A DNA stretch of 64,000 bases from Acanthaster planci (GCF_001949145.1 NW_019091360.1:1-64000); one strand, 5' to 3'; positions 24,801-38,059 are shown, numbered from the stretch's first letter. Numbers and translations are program-made. The notes: generated from the letters alone by a model not told the origin.

Positions 24801-26640
24801 TGGATGATTGTTGGGCAATGCCCAACACATCAAGTGAAGATCGTTCAGTGCTGAATGGAGGATTCTTGACCTGGGTTGACAAATAATATCCTCCCTGGGC
24901 AGAAGGATTAGTGGTCGTCGAACCAAGAGCCTCGTGAGTCTTGGGAACAACGGTTGTCGAAGCCAGAACGGGGCGATGAGGAGGATCTGGCATGTCGCTT
25001 GTTCTATCTTGGATATGACAGGAAGGATGAGAGAGATGGGGGGAAAGGCATACGCCAGGAGGCCGGACCAATCCACCTGTAGAGCATCCCTCGCCCAAGC
25101 TTGCGGGTGAGGAAACCTGGAGTAAAACGTCGGGAGATGAGTATTGTCGGCCAATGAAGGAGGGCAACATGGGGACGCTCAATCTCTGTGAAAATCTGAT
25201 CTGACTGAAGAGTCCACTCCGTAGGGTGGACAGTGCCCTGAGAGAGAGCGTCTGCTATGCTGTTGGTTGTTCCTGCTATGTGGACGGCCAGGATGGCAAT
25301 CCCATTATCGCTCGCCCACATGAAGATCTGCCATGTAAGGACGCAAAGCTGGGGGGAGCGAGTACTGCCTTGGTGGTTGATGTACGCTACCACTGTGGAG
25401 TTGTCACTCTGGATTCGAACCGAGAGACCCACTAAGTGCTGCTGGAAGTGGCGAAGGGCATTGAATACTGCATGAAGTTCCAGCAGGTTGATGTGTTTGT
25501 TGCGCAAGGAAGAGTCCCAAACCCAGGACGCATGGAGCGGAGGAAGGGAGGTCCCTCATCGAAATAGTGATGTGTTCATTGTCATTGTGATGTTCTGTCT
25601 CCATGGAATAAAGGGACTGCCCGTCCACAGGTGCTTGTTGATGGTCCACCACTGGAGGTGGTTGTGAACATCCGGTGGGTTGCTCTAGGGGCGGTACCGA
25701 GATAGAAGATTTAGTTGAAGTGGCCGCATCCGCAGTCGCCACCATGGGACGAGGTTGACCAAACTGGCCATTAGTCCAAGAAGACGGAGCCAGGCTATCG
25801 CTGGACGTGTCTCAGACCACAAAAACTGAAGGGCGCATTGATGCAGATTGAGGATGCATTCCGGTGTCGGAGCTGCAATGCCTTTGAGGAGGTTAAGGGC
25901 TACCCCTAGGCAGGTTGGCCGTTGTGATGGATCGAGGGCTGACTTGTCGTCGTTGATGAGGAACCCTAGGCATGTTGCGACATTGAGGGTGAGAGAAGTG
26001 TCGGCTCTTGCTTCATCCGGGAGGCGATTGATGATCAGCCAGTCGTCCACAGATTGAAACAGAAGGACATCACGCTGTTGCAAGTAGGCAGCGAGAGTCT
26101 TGGCGATCCTGGTAAAGATCCTTGGTGAGGTTGAGAGGCCGAAAAGAAGAGCCTGAAACTGGAAGGTTTGGCCGCAGTACTTGAAGCGGAGGAACTTGCG
26201 GTGCTGTTTGTGTATCGGGATACGGAGATACGTGTCCCGTAGAGCTATAGAGGTGGCCCAATACGGGACTGGTAAAGAGGGTAGGACAACGCTCAGGGTC
26301 TCAATTCAAAGCTGTCTTCGTTTGATGAACATGTTGAGCGGTTTCAGATTGATTATTGGTCGCCACTTTCCTGGTTCTTTCTTGGGTGTCAGAAAGAATG
26401 ACGAAAGGAAGCTGGTGGACAGCTGGTTTGAATGCACCAGTGTGATGGCTCCTTTGCGTAGCAATGTTGTAATCTCCTCCACGAGAGCCAAGTGCTTGGA
26501 CTTGTCGCATGGGGGAGGAGTGGAGTGGAAGACCATCCCCGATGGCGGGGAGCTTGTGAACTCAAGGGAGTAGCCATGGGCAATGGTGGAGAGGACCTAG
26601 CTGTCCGCAGTGATTTCCCACTAGAACCCGATGAAACTGC
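24800..26640 (-). pseudogene. DIRS pol: RT, RNase H and N6-adenine methyltransferase-like (MT) domain, frameshifted
   Basis: FLTPKKEPGKWRPIINLKPLN; SVDDWLI; HINLLELHAV...SDNSTVVAYINHQG...IADALSQ; DALQVDWSGLLAYAFPP...ILLIAPFW. Confidence 0.92.
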
Positions 26641-29600
26641 CCAGGCGGCTGTTGACAGGTTCAGCGGCCACCAAAGGCGAATGGGAGTAGTCACCGGCGC
26701 CATCCTCCAGTAGGACCGGGGGCACAATGTGAAAACCCACGGCCAAGAGGGCGTGGCTGGAATCTTATAGGAGTAGTTGTAGGTGGAGCTCGCCGGGGGC
26801 CCGATGACCAAGTAGCTGCCCGGAGTGGACGGCTAAAAGGGCGACCTGCAGGCATGGGCTGGTTCACCCATCGTCTCGGTGGTGGTGGAGGCTGCCAGTG
26901 TGAAGGTGCAGGTTTGCGAAGTGAAATCTTCTTAGCGGTCTCCATATGTTTCACCTCAGACTCAAGGACTTCTGTGAACTTCCCAGCAAAGAGGTAATCC
27001 CCAGAAGGGGGAGATCCATGAATTTATTTCTGACAGATCAATAGGGAATATTCATGGCGTTTACGGCTAGAAGTAGCCAGAAGGGTAATGCAAGTGAACT
27101 GTTCAAAAGTCAAATTGAGTCCCTCATTGGGGCCTCGCAGGACTAGGGTCGCAAAGTCTGGGGAGACAGGGGAGTCTTCTTCACAATATACACTGATAGA
27201 GGGAGGAGAAAGGCCGAACATCAGAGGCCAAAGCAGGATGCCATGTCGAGGCGACGGAGGACTGAGTCAAAGTTAGCCTTGTCCTTATCCTGGAAGGCAT
27301 TTCGTTGGCCAGAATCGAACAAGATCTTGTCTCTGGCAGCGTCGGGAATATCTGGGGTCGACAGGAAGCGAGTCAGATTCTCTTGAGGAAAACGGTAGTA
27401 AGACAAGGCCCTGGGAGGGATTGCACGCTAGCATTTAGCTTTTGCGAAGGCACTCATCATCTTCACACAGGAACGATCTAGAGGGATCTCTGGGAAGATG
27501 GGCTAAGCTAATTCAAGACGTGAAGGGTGGCGCTTGAATGAAGTATGTCCCTGTTCCGTCAGCATAGGATCCGATAACGGGAGCCCAAGAACATGGATCA
27601 AGTCATGCTGAAGAAGGCAGAGGCGACCCTCCGGTTGAGTCAGACTAGCCACAGAGTCGATGTCATCATCCTCAGAAGATTAGGGCTGAAGGCCGGCAGG
27701 GGGAAGGGCCGAGTCGTGTTCCGAGCTGAGTGGGTAACCGTGAGTCCGGACTTGGTCCGGCGCCAGAGCTTGCTGAGGAGACGGTTCCGGTCAGAGGATA
27801 GAAGTCACCTTGGACTCTGAAAGGGGCAAGTGGGCGTGAGGTGGGATGGCCAGGAGAGGGTCTGGGTCAGGTGCTGTCGCCGCTGGCTGAGGTTTAGAGT
27901 CTATCTTGCGGGTGAGCGAAGTGAAGGCCTCCGAGAGAGGCTGGAGGGTCTCCATCCATAGAGGTGGATCTGGCTTGGAGTGGCGTCTATTCTTGGCCTT
28001 GGATGAAGAAGAAGCCGATGACTTGGCCTTGCACTTCTTAGTCTTCGCCGGAGTGGGGAGCTGGAGGCTGGTATGTGGGAGGAAGGACCGGGCGAGGATC
28101 CCCGAGGGGTCAGTCGTCTCCTGCCAGGAGCGTCAGAGATCAGGATCGGTGGGCTCATAACCGGAGTCCAACGGCAGGTTGGAGCTGCGTATGAGGTGTG
28201 GTTGACGGAAGCCCCAGTGGTGTAGCAGTCCAGAAGGGGCACCATCATCCAAGGCAACAGAAGGCTGGGGAGCATGCCGAGTTGTTGACTCGCCCATGAC
28301 AGCGGTGGAGCATGGCAATCCCACTGTGAAGCCCGTTGCCTGCTTGGAGGGAGTTGACTGGCCCGACTTCCGAGCGAGTGTTGCCCAGCAAGCAGGAGCT
28401 GGTGAAGGGCCCGGGGCAGACAGCATGCCATTGCCCCATGGGCCCTGCTGAGCCATTGGTCCGTAGGGTTGTCTGGGGTTGTGGTTGATGGTGAAGCCTG
28501 GGACCTGCGGTATGGAGAAAGGACTGGCTCATTACTCCCAGACAATCTTAATCAAGGGTATTGTTGTAGTAAATCCGCTCAACCCGATTGATAGGTGCAG
28601 AGTGGGCATTGATGACCAGGGATAGTAGACCAGCACGCTCGGCCCAATGGGTAGGTAGGTAGGTGGGTTATAGTCATCAGTGATCAAGGGCATTGTTTCG
28701 GTACCGCTCTCTCAGCCCGATCAATCCTGGTAGTGGTCATCAGCGATCTTGGCATATTGCGGTACCTCCGCTCAACCCCAGTCTATTCAGGGTCTCTCCT
28801 CATCGAGCCGCTAATTGGATTATGCAGAACCGCCCCACAAAGGGAGCAGGGCAGTCCACCGAGCCCGTTCCGCAGCCAGACCCGTACTGCGTTGGGCTGT
28901 TATTATTCGAACGCACGCACCACATAATGAACAAAGGGCCCTCCAACCCTGTTCAACGGCCATACCCACGTCACACATCACGGTAAGTCACATCCCAACA
29001 TGTATATGACGACAGAAAAAAAAGGGGCAGAAAAGAACCACAAGAAAAACACAGCATGCAAAGAACGAAATATATGAGAATAAGCACTCTTACCAAGAGA
29101 TAAGAAATCACTCTTTATTTCAAAACAGGAATCAAGTCAATTCACAAACGCGAAGGTATGGAACTTAAGAATCCGAAAATGTCACAAAAGACACGTCCGT
29201 AAATAATAGGCGCTGAAAAAAGAAGGATGAACATGGCAGCAGGGATGCAGTGCACTGTGGAGGGTAAAGGGCAGCATGCATAATCCCCTTCAGCGAATTG
29301 TAATAGGCACATAGGAAATTCGCATATGTAGGCTGGACAGGGGTATGTGAACGCAGGAGACCTGCTTGTGTACTAAGTATAAGTGGTGGATTGACAAGGG
29401 GTCTGGTCAGCTGAGGGAATGGTTGGTGTGGCTAAAGCAAAGCAATAAGAATTATGTGACATAGTTCTTTGCTGTATCTTGGGAGTACCACTCAGAAATA
29501 AAGTTTTTGGTGGAGAGGCATATGTATTAACTGACTGAGAGGGTGTCTGTTGGCCATGCCTGTGGATTGGGCAACCTGGCTCTGGATACCAGACAGTGAA

Positions 29601-31044
29601 TATTTCATGTTGATGCAAACAGGTCAATATGAAGTCTGTCAAGTGTGGCAAATAAGTTCTTGGTGAAGAGTTGCCTCTGTGGAAGAACTGCCCCTTGTGA
29701 AAGGGCATCTGCTAGATTGTTTGAAGTGCCAGGATTTTGGACAGCCAAGAGATTCACTGCACTGACTATTGTCCAGCTGAGAATATCCTGTGTCTATAGA
29801 TATAGACCGAACAGGCAAGTGACACCTCATTAGATGACATGAGCTATCACAGCATCTGACTGGGTCGGCACTGACATGGTCTTGAGTGTAGACGAGAAGT
29901 GATGGAAGGCACGAAACACTGCATGAAGATCCAGGGCACGGGGGGGGGGGGCATCAATGCTCCCAGCCCTATGGCAATGCAGTTGTGGTGATCATAATCT
30001 CTGGGGTGGTTGTGGAAAGTGAAGGTTGTTGTTGATGTTGAGGTTGTCTATACAGCAACAAAAATGTGAATTTAGTAGCAATATGGGCACAAGTATGGTG
30101 ACTGGACCTCATTTGGGAAAATAGCGTATTGTGGGTGTTGCTGTAGTGGTCTGATGCATAAGCAATACCATGGGAGAAGATTTATGGGGCTGGTTGTAAG
30201 ACATAATGAAGCGAGATCCACTGTTGATGATAAAGACATATGCACTATCCAAAGTCAGCAACACATGCTCGAGTTGAACATGCTATTCTGATATTGGGGT
30301 GGTTCAGAGGAAGACAAGACTTGATTTCTTGGAGTTCACTAGAAATCCCAGTTGTTGAGATATTGGGAGATCATAGCATATTAGATCTAGTTCATATGCT
30401 GCAGCCACTCTAGTTATGTGAGCGAATACCCTTGGTAATGTTGACAGACCAAAGGGGGAAGAAGCAGAATTCAAAACGATGTCATTGTATGAGAACCACA
30501 AACATTTCTAAGGTGACAAGATACACACAGATGGAGATTTATTGCTGATGCCCATGTGTGTTGTACAATTGATTGCATGATTGTTGAGACATCTCCATGT
30601 TGAAAAACTAGGGGGAGAATGAATGTTGACAGGATTGACTTTGAGAGGAAATCAATGTCTTGAGTGTCCAAAGGGACTAATGACATTAACAGTAGGAAGG
30701 AGTGTATGTCCTATTCCAAGGCTTGATGTTTGTTCTTGTCGTTCCGGATTCGAGTTGGACAGGGCCAAGTGTTAGTTATGACCTAATGAACTTTAACCTA
30801 AAAAGAGATGAAATTTGGGGGTCTTCTCAAAGCCAGTGACATTGCTTCCTGGCGAACAAGATTTCTGATTTTTATAAAATGGTTGTAAAAATGATCAAAA
30901 GACATAAACACAACACGAAAATGCTCACAACTATCAGAAACAGGTCACTTCAAAAGAAATGCACAGCAGAATTTGTCCTAGGCTTTCTACAGTTACTTTT
31001 AAAATCCAAACTACAAATAACTTTTAAAGAGGAAAACAGATAAC

Positions 31045-31446
31045 CTTTTAAGAGCCTGCTGCTCCAGTCTCTTCTGTTCTTCCCTCAAACTTTGTTGATA
31101 ATCCGCCTCTGTGTGTAGGGCCCCAGATGACTGGGTCTGGGACCTCACTAAAGCTAAATCTATTCTACCAGGGTTGACAGCAGTGACTTCACAAGCTTTG
31201 TAGTCATCTGAAGTGGCCAACGCCTCTGATTTGCTAGATGAGGGGCGAGAGTTAGTTTGAATCTCTACATGGGATGTAGCAGGACCATTCGGTAGAGTAA
31301 GTGGTTGGGGGGTTTCAATGGGGGGCGACTTGGAAGACTGCTGACCCAGAGCTTGGGGACGGTCCCCAAATTGCATGAAGTATGGTACTGGCTCATTGCA
31401 GATGTCCTTCAATGCTTCATGGAAATCATGGTCATCCAAGAGAGCT
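31045..31446 (-). CDS. CFAP65: CFAP65-like internal exon
   Basis: Pyrimidine tract ending cccag as acceptor; AG|GTTATC donor; phase 2/2. (R)ALLDDHDFHEALKDICNEPVPYFMQF...EQQALK(R), compare recalled CFAP65 GLLEDKNFHEAVDQSLVEQVPYFRQF. Confidence 0.88.
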
Positions 31447-31552
31447 CTGGGAAAAAAAAGGATAAAAAATGAATTGAAACAATCTAATTACAAACAACTG
31501 ATGGTATATTATTTAACCACCTAAATTTTTGTTTGTGAATACTATCGTAATT

Positions 31553-31646
31553 GAATAATTCGTGAGGTGACAGGGTGCATGTGCCATTTCACCCAACATT
31601 ACCTCATGGAATGGAATGTTCACTCTGTCATCTCGTAAAATTATTC
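31553..31646. repeat. Imperfect short inverted repeat (Crypton-like non-autonomous element?)
   Basis: gaataattcgtgaggtgacagggtg ... cactctgtcatctcgtaaaattattc. Confidence 0.55.
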
Positions 31647-31907
31647 TTCCCCATGTGCAAACATTAGCTAATGATGTGATTTATAAAATGCCTGAATAAA
31701 TTCCTAATTTTAGTGGGTTTTATCTATTTTCTCGTAACATAAACACTTTTTATTTTAATTATATTGATTTTTTTTTTACTTTTTAACATGGCCCCTTGAA
31801 AAACAGCTCTGGCTTAATGATTTTACTGTGTATAAATAAGAATACCGATCGACCGACCGACCGACAGGTGTAAAATCATCACACTAAGGTGCCACATTCT
31901 ACATTAA

Positions 31908-32482
31908 CCACTTGCTGCTGAGGAGCCCGGGTTCGAGCATATATTCTTTATAGGCATAGCCCGGGGTCTCCGTAATCGGACATAGGGAACTGGGCCTTGT
32001 AACAAAAGAGCGTACTCGTAACAAAAGACCAGGCTGCTGGGGATTACCAACATGTTTCAATGTCAATAGTGTAGATAATCCAGAATTTTTTTGAAACATT
32101 ATACCAATGTTTGGGGCATTCTGTGCTAGTGGATTACCACTGGGGACAAAAGTGCTTCACCACCACAGCAATGAGCTGCAAGCTAATCTGGCCCCTATTG
32201 CAGAGAGGTCAGCAGCGCATTGTGCCAGTTTCGTCAACAAAAGAAAATATGTAACACTGCACAATCTGGGCTCTCTTTACAAAGCGACAGGTCTGGCTGA
32301 AATACCCCAGCGTCAATAGATGTTGTCTGTCAGATTAGAGTAGAATCAGAAGGTCCTTCATGTGGATGTAAGTGTCCAGTAAATGAAGATATGAATTTTG
32401 AAAGAATTTTGAAAATAGAAAAAGTGAAAATTATCTTGTCCCAGCAGAATCAACATTCATACATGCCCATGGCACAATGTGG
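31908..32482 (+). mobile_element. piggyBac-like MITE family, copy 2
   Basis: TTAA|CCACTT...TGTGG|TTAA; internal homology to copy 1. Confidence 0.85.
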
Positions 32483-32710
32483 TTAATGGATATTCTCAGA
32501 GTATTAGAAATTGCTCTTATATTTTTGACGTAATCGATCTCCTGCCTGGTTCCAGTGTACTGTTTTTGTGGTGTGTGTGATATACACTGGGAGGAATAAT
32601 TCATGTCATACAATCTGAAAGTCACCAATCAGATGACAGGAATCCGTTCAGGTGGTTTTGAGGGTGTCTTTGCAAAAGGAAACCGAGAATAATTTACCAG
32701 TTTTTTTTAA

Positions 32711-33222
32711 TGTGACTAATTATTTTTGTTTAAATAATTATCATTTATTTCAGTATGTCGTCTTCGTTTGTATGGCACCAAGAAATCCACATTTCTGTCA
32801 CACAAGTTAGCACAAAGTGGTTTACTTAACTGTGTCAGAAATGGCTTTGGCTTTTACACAGCATGAAGTGTTAGGTACACAACCAAAATTATTAATTCAA
32901 GCCAGCGTTTTTTCTTGCCACAGTGTAACCCCAGTGTCCTTTAACATGGACCCCACTTCTTGCAATGTGAACTTTTGCCCTTGTTCTTATCGCTTTTTAA
33001 AATTATTAACATGCATTTTGGAGATATTAGAACACATGCCATCTCTGGACAATATGACTTCAACAGACAGCTATTTGGCACAAAGCCATTTCTGACTTGG
33101 TCCATTAAACCACTTCATGCTCAGTCATCCATGATGGAAATGTGGATTTCTTGGTGTCATACAAAAGAGGACATCATAATGAAACAGATGATGGTTACCA
33201 TTTACCAAAATAATAAGTCACA
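32711..33222. mobile_element. MITE with ~85-bp TIRs flanked by TTAA
   Basis: ttaa|tgtgac...caccaagaaatccacatttc versus gaaatgtggatttcttggtg...gtcaca|ttaa. Confidence 0.75.
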
Positions 33223-33759
33223 TTAAGGGACAGTGACCATTTAGGCGGGACATGAAAAGAGCCAGGCCCCACCTTGTCTGGTATAAAGCCAGTCTGGTAT
33301 TCAGCCTACCCCAGTTCCGTTCATATGCAGTTAAATTAGACAGGCATATCAATTTATCCCCCCTTTGAGAAAAGCCAGAGCTGAACAAAAGATGACTTAT
33401 CGGATTAAATATTTAGGATAAGTGATACCAATTTTTTATTTCTGCCGCTGGTTCAAAAATATGGACAGGATTTGTTTTAAAATATTTCCTCAAACCGAGG
33501 GACAAGATCACAACACACTCTGACCGTTCGTACGCATTCCTTCCGTTCGGCTGTACACCGTCTCATTCCTTTGCATTCCAAAAAGCACTTCAACATATGT
33601 TCCTTTTATCAAGATGTATTTTTTATAATATATAACATATGTTCCTGATGTTCCCAGACATGATTCACTGGAGTGCACTGTTCCTTTGTGTGCCAGAATG
33701 GAACAATTCAACAAAGATGCAAAGAACTTTGGTGGTTCTTTGGCTCCAAATAAAAATAA

Positions 33760-34630
33760 TCATTAGATGATATAGGGCAGGTAAATAATAAAAACTAGAA
33801 GTGGTCCAGGTTTGATAGAAAATAAAAATATTGATATGGGAAGCGTTCACATTTTTGGCGGGTTTGATACTCAGAAAGAAAATAACGATTATGCGGTTAG
33901 GCTGGAAAATTAAATCCAAGAGCGTCTGGGTTGGGAAATGCTGAGTTGGGAAGGATTAATATTTTTATTGGCTTGGATGCACAGAATAAAAATTATTGGA
34001 GGTAGGGTGGAGGAAACAAGAAAAGCCACACATGGTTGAGGTTTGGATAGAAAAGAAATGCTGAGACAAGAAGGATAAATATTTTTAGAGGGTTTAAATT
34101 AATGCTCAGAATAAAAATAATGACTATGCGGTGGGGCAGGAAAAAATTTAATCCTAAGAGGGTCCAGGTCAGGATAGAGAAATAATGATTTGTGAAAGAC
34201 TAATATTTTTGGTGGGTTGGATGCTCGGCATTAAACAAAAATTTGGAGCCGGGGCAGGTAAACAAATAAAAACCATAAATGGTTGAGGTTTGGATAGCAA
34301 AAAAATGCTGAGAAAGGAAGAATTAATACTTTGGTGTGTTGGATGCTCAGAATAAAAGAAAAACATTTATCGGTGGGACAAATGCAGAGATGAGGATTAT
34401 TTTTTTTGGGAGGGTTGGATACTTGGATTAAAACAAAATGACATGGTGAAGTGGGAAAATAACAATCACACCTGATCCAGGTTTTGATATAAACTTTCGT
34501 AGGTTAGATGCTCAGAACAGAAAAAAATAGAGCTAAGAAGGATATTTTTGGTGGATTGGTTGAAATAAAAGTGATTATGTGGAAGGGCAGGAAAAAATGG
34601 AAGCCACATGTGGTCCAGGTTTGACAAAGT
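33760..34630. repeat. Degenerate tandem array, ~120-bp unit
   Basis: Recurring ggttggatgctcagaataaaa / ggtttggatag / ttaatatttttt blocks. Confidence 0.7.
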
Positions 34631-35864
34631 ATGCTGAGGCTTTGTTGATTGAAAGATACAGCCACTAAAAAAGTCAACTAGCCCCATTGCCTCGGGAAGA
34701 TTTAGAGTGTTTATACATGATGGTCGGGGCAGTTGTAAGTCTTTCGGTTGGATGAAAGCTCGTCAGAGAAATGCATTTGAAATTGGCTCCTGAATTTATT
34801 CCCCCGCTAAGTTTATTTATTTCTCTCTCGTCTGAACTGTATTTGGTGGCCTGTCAATTTATTCCCACGAAAATGGGTACTTTTTTTAAAGTTACTTTTT
34901 CTATCAAAGTAGTAGACCACTATATTGTATTAAAGAACTATCCCCGACCAGTACATTCCATACTTTCCATATAGATGTCCACATTTAAATTCTAACATTA
35001 ATCACCTTCAATATTCAATTTATTAGTTTTCATATAAATGGAACATAAAAGGTACTAGGAGGGCAAACCAATAATAAGCAAACAAAAACTAACGGCTATT
35101 CATATAAATTCAGGAATGCTAAATTAAACTTTGGGTTAAAAAGGGGTAGAAAGCATTTTATTCAATTAAGTCATCACATCAATTACCATCTATTGAAACC
35201 CAAATAAATATAGTTTTCCAAGAACAGGTAGATACTGTCATGAACAAGGTAAACACATTGAAGTCACAATACAATTGATGTGAAGGGGAGGGGGATCAAT
35301 TATTACGCTCTTGAATTAAAATCCAGACAAGTGCCTTGGTAAGGTAAGGTTAGTTTTTGCATTAAACTGCGAGGCCAGGGTTTTGATCTATGCTGGTGAA
35401 AGGGTTCTATTGTTTCGCATTGAAGTGTGAAAACCACAAGTGGGTTGCTTCTGGGATGGATAATGTATCAACACTTGCACACAATGGAGCTCTGTATGTA
35501 AGAGCCTGTGATCAACCATGGGACCAGTCTCCTGGTCTGGTAGCTGCTCTGGTAGGAAAGGGTTTTTGCTGCTGGACGAGCTTACCGGGGGACCCTTCTC
35601 ATACTGGATCTTAATGGTCACTGTCCCTAAAGAAACACCTTTATCTCTGTTTCCTTTTAAAGCACCCTGTATAATATACACAATATATCACTCTTAACAA
35701 TTGTTTCACGGTTTACATGAAAGCTAAAAAGTATTTACTTGTGAATGGAATTTTCTTATTTCTGTTTAGTGACTTCTCCTGCAGTGATTGTATCATGATC
35801 TTGTTTATGTATACCACAGCCAATGATATTAATTGGCCTTGGGTGTTAATTTCACTCTAGGTAC

Positions 35865-36006
35865 TGAGAAATGGGTTGGGGGGTACACCATGGAATCAAT
35901 CTCTTTTGGACGAGGTTTGGTTCTATCAATCTCTTTTGGACGTGGTGTGCTTCTTAAGAACCACACCTTGATTGATTCCATGGTGTACCCACAAACCCAT
36001 GTCTCA
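35865..36006. repeat. Palindromic element with an internal 18-bp direct duplication
   Basis: gggtacaccatggaatcaatc ... gattgattccatggtgtaccc; atcaatctcttttggacg occurs twice. Confidence 0.8.
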
Positions 36007-36119
36007 TGTTTCATCCACCACGCAAAGCTTCAAATCTTACTCTAGGTATTGCCATTACACCCTTTTATCATTATCTGTGTATCATTATTTATGTTATCTG
36101 GAAGTCGCAAAAACTTCAC

Positions 36120-36205
36120 AAACTTGCTTCAGAGAGTGGGATTCACACAGCCTAAGGCTTCCTGCTTGCTACTGCAGACATCTTAACCACTCGACCACTG
36201 AGTTT
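36120..36205 (-). mobile_element. tRNA-derived SINE head, degenerate
   Basis: Minus strand has an A-box-like TGGTCGAGTGGTTAAG and a B-box-like GTGTGAATCCC; it does not fold into an intact cloverleaf. Confidence 0.5.
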
Positions 36206-37450
36206 GCCAGCACTGGGTAGCTGGCTTGAATCCAATGTAGCAGTGGGTGGTAGTTGGTGTACCACAATATTTTAAGGTTGTTAACACTTTAAGTATATGT
36301 GACCCACCATTCCAAAACCAGACTGAAGTCGGTGACTTCATAAACCTAAAATGTCCAATTATGTAAATGTCTTACTTGCCACATAATTGGAATTATAAGA
36401 GGCCGAGGAGGAGACCGAGAATTTTATTTGCCACCATGGGGGCCACAACATCTTGCTGTGTGCACAGACTGTGACAGGTCTTTTGTTGTAGAGGAACACA
36501 AGGGAACGGGAGGGCCCTTCTCACGCATGCCAAGTGGAGAAGCTTGAACAAAAGAATGCTTCCTGGCGTTCGTACGCGTGCAAACGGTCTCTGTATTTTT
36601 GATGCCGTCCCTAAGTGTCCAGTAAATGAAGATATGATATTTTAATTCATTTTAGGCCCATTGGGACTTCAAATAGTTTATTGCCGCTAGGCTGGGTTGC
36701 TGGAGTAAATTCCCCTTNNNNNNNNNNNNNNNNNNNNNNNNNNNNNNNNNNNNNNNNNNNNNNNNNNNNNNNNNNNNNNNNNNNNNNNNNNNNNNNNNNN
36801 NNNNNNNNNNNNNNNNNNNNNNNNNNNNNNNNNNNNNNNNNNNNNNNNNNNNNNNNNNNNNNNNNNNNNNNNNNNNNNNNNNNNNNNNNNNNNNNNNNNN
36901 NNNNNNNNNNNNNNNNNNNNNNNNNNNNNNNNNNNNNNNNNNNNNNNNNNNNNNNNNNNNNNNNNNNNNNNNNNNNNNNNNNNNNNNNNNNNNNNNNNNN
37001 NNNNNNNNNNNNNNNNNNNNNNNNNNNNNNNNNNNNNNNNNNNNNNNNNNNNNNNNNNNNNNNNNNNNNNNNNNNNNNNNNNNNNNNNNNNNNNNNNNNN
37101 NNNNNNNNNNNNNNNNNNNNNNNNNNNNNNNNNNNNNNNNNNNNNNNNNNNNNNNNNNNNNNNNNNNNNNNNNNNNNNNNNNNNNNNNNNNNNNNNNNNN
37201 NNNNNNNNNNNNNNNNNNNNNNNNNNNNNNNNNNNNNNNNNNNNNNNNNNNNNNNNNNNNNNNNNNNNNNNNNNNNNNNNNNNNNNNNNNNNNNNNNNNN
37301 NNNNNNNNNNNNNNNNNNNNNNNNNNNNNNNNNNNNNNNNNNNNNNNNNNNNNNNNNNNNNNNNNNNNNNNNNNNNNNNNNNNNNNNNNNNNNNNNNNNN
37401 NNNNNNNNNNNNNNNNNNNNNNNNNNNNNNNNNNNNNNNNNNNNNNNNNN

Positions 37451-38059
37451 GGGTGAGTCTTTTTCCATCCCGTCCGAGCTAACGCCTAGGCCGGTAGTGT
37501 CAATCGCATCTGCCCCTGATGGCCCGGCCATTTCGGTTGCATCTCCCCCTATTGTTCATTCTGTTCTGTCTGTTACCACTTCGTCGGGTGTAGGGGGTGG
37601 CGATGTCACGCCCCTAACAAGTGTTTGCGATGATCTTCGGTCCGGGGTTTCTCAACACCTTCGGGACAAAATTTGGAATGGGGAATTTGTAGATTTTGCG
37701 CTTCTTTTGCGGCCCTCTAGCAGTGTCAATAGTACCAGTGACTGCGTGTTTACTATTGGGTCGCGCGATTCCCCAAGCATGGCAAATTCGTTCCCACAAT
37801 CAACCCCCACGGATCACCTCAATTGAACAGTGGACCCCGGCTTTTTAAATTTTTGCATCCATCTATTTGATGCGGAACCCTGCTCAGGCGAGGTAGCTGC
37901 TAAAATATGCCGACATCGTCCGTTCGGCTGCTTTTCGGCGAGTAGGTTATGGGTGGCGCGACTATGATATTCAATTCAGGTTGCGCCAAGCCCGCATGCC
38001 GTCTCGGTCGTGGGCCAGCATTGACGCTGAACTATGGCTAACGTTGGTCGGTGCGCCCA
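37451..38059 (+). pseudogene. Ngaro gag-like ORF1 fragment
   Basis: LRDKIWNGEFVDFALLL; ITSIEQWTPAFLIFASIY...LLKYADIVR...GWRDYDIQFR...WASIDAELW. One frameshift and one stop. Confidence 0.85.

Larger units (their letters stand above)
23633..29347 (-). mobile_element. DIRS-type tyrosine-recombinase retrotransposon, near full length, inactivated
   Basis: Inverted terminal repeats (~23633-23745 vs ~29212-29320); ICR at 23838-23866; gag-like region; RT (WRPIINLKPLN, LFGLSTSPRIFT, SVDDWL); RNase H; MT domain; YR. TGAA flanks both ends. Confidence 0.93.
21990..30770 (-). mobile_element. Old degenerate DIRS retrotransposon, split by a younger DIRS (23633-29347) and a MITE (22746-23310)
   Basis: Right part: RT PFGLSTLPRVF, RNase H ALDLHAVFRAF...NNLADALSQ, MT HIDLFAST...YASPP...PLIL. 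Left part: KIRHLQLEVLHLSCWSL, IHNYCLAITAVHF, YR SELHTLS...RFQTK and VREMCTSWAYF...DICKVACWK. Confidence 0.85.

Noticed and set aside
36120..36205. Functional tRNA gene
   Set aside because: Only A/B-box-like motifs remain; no intact cloverleaf. Treated as a SINE head.
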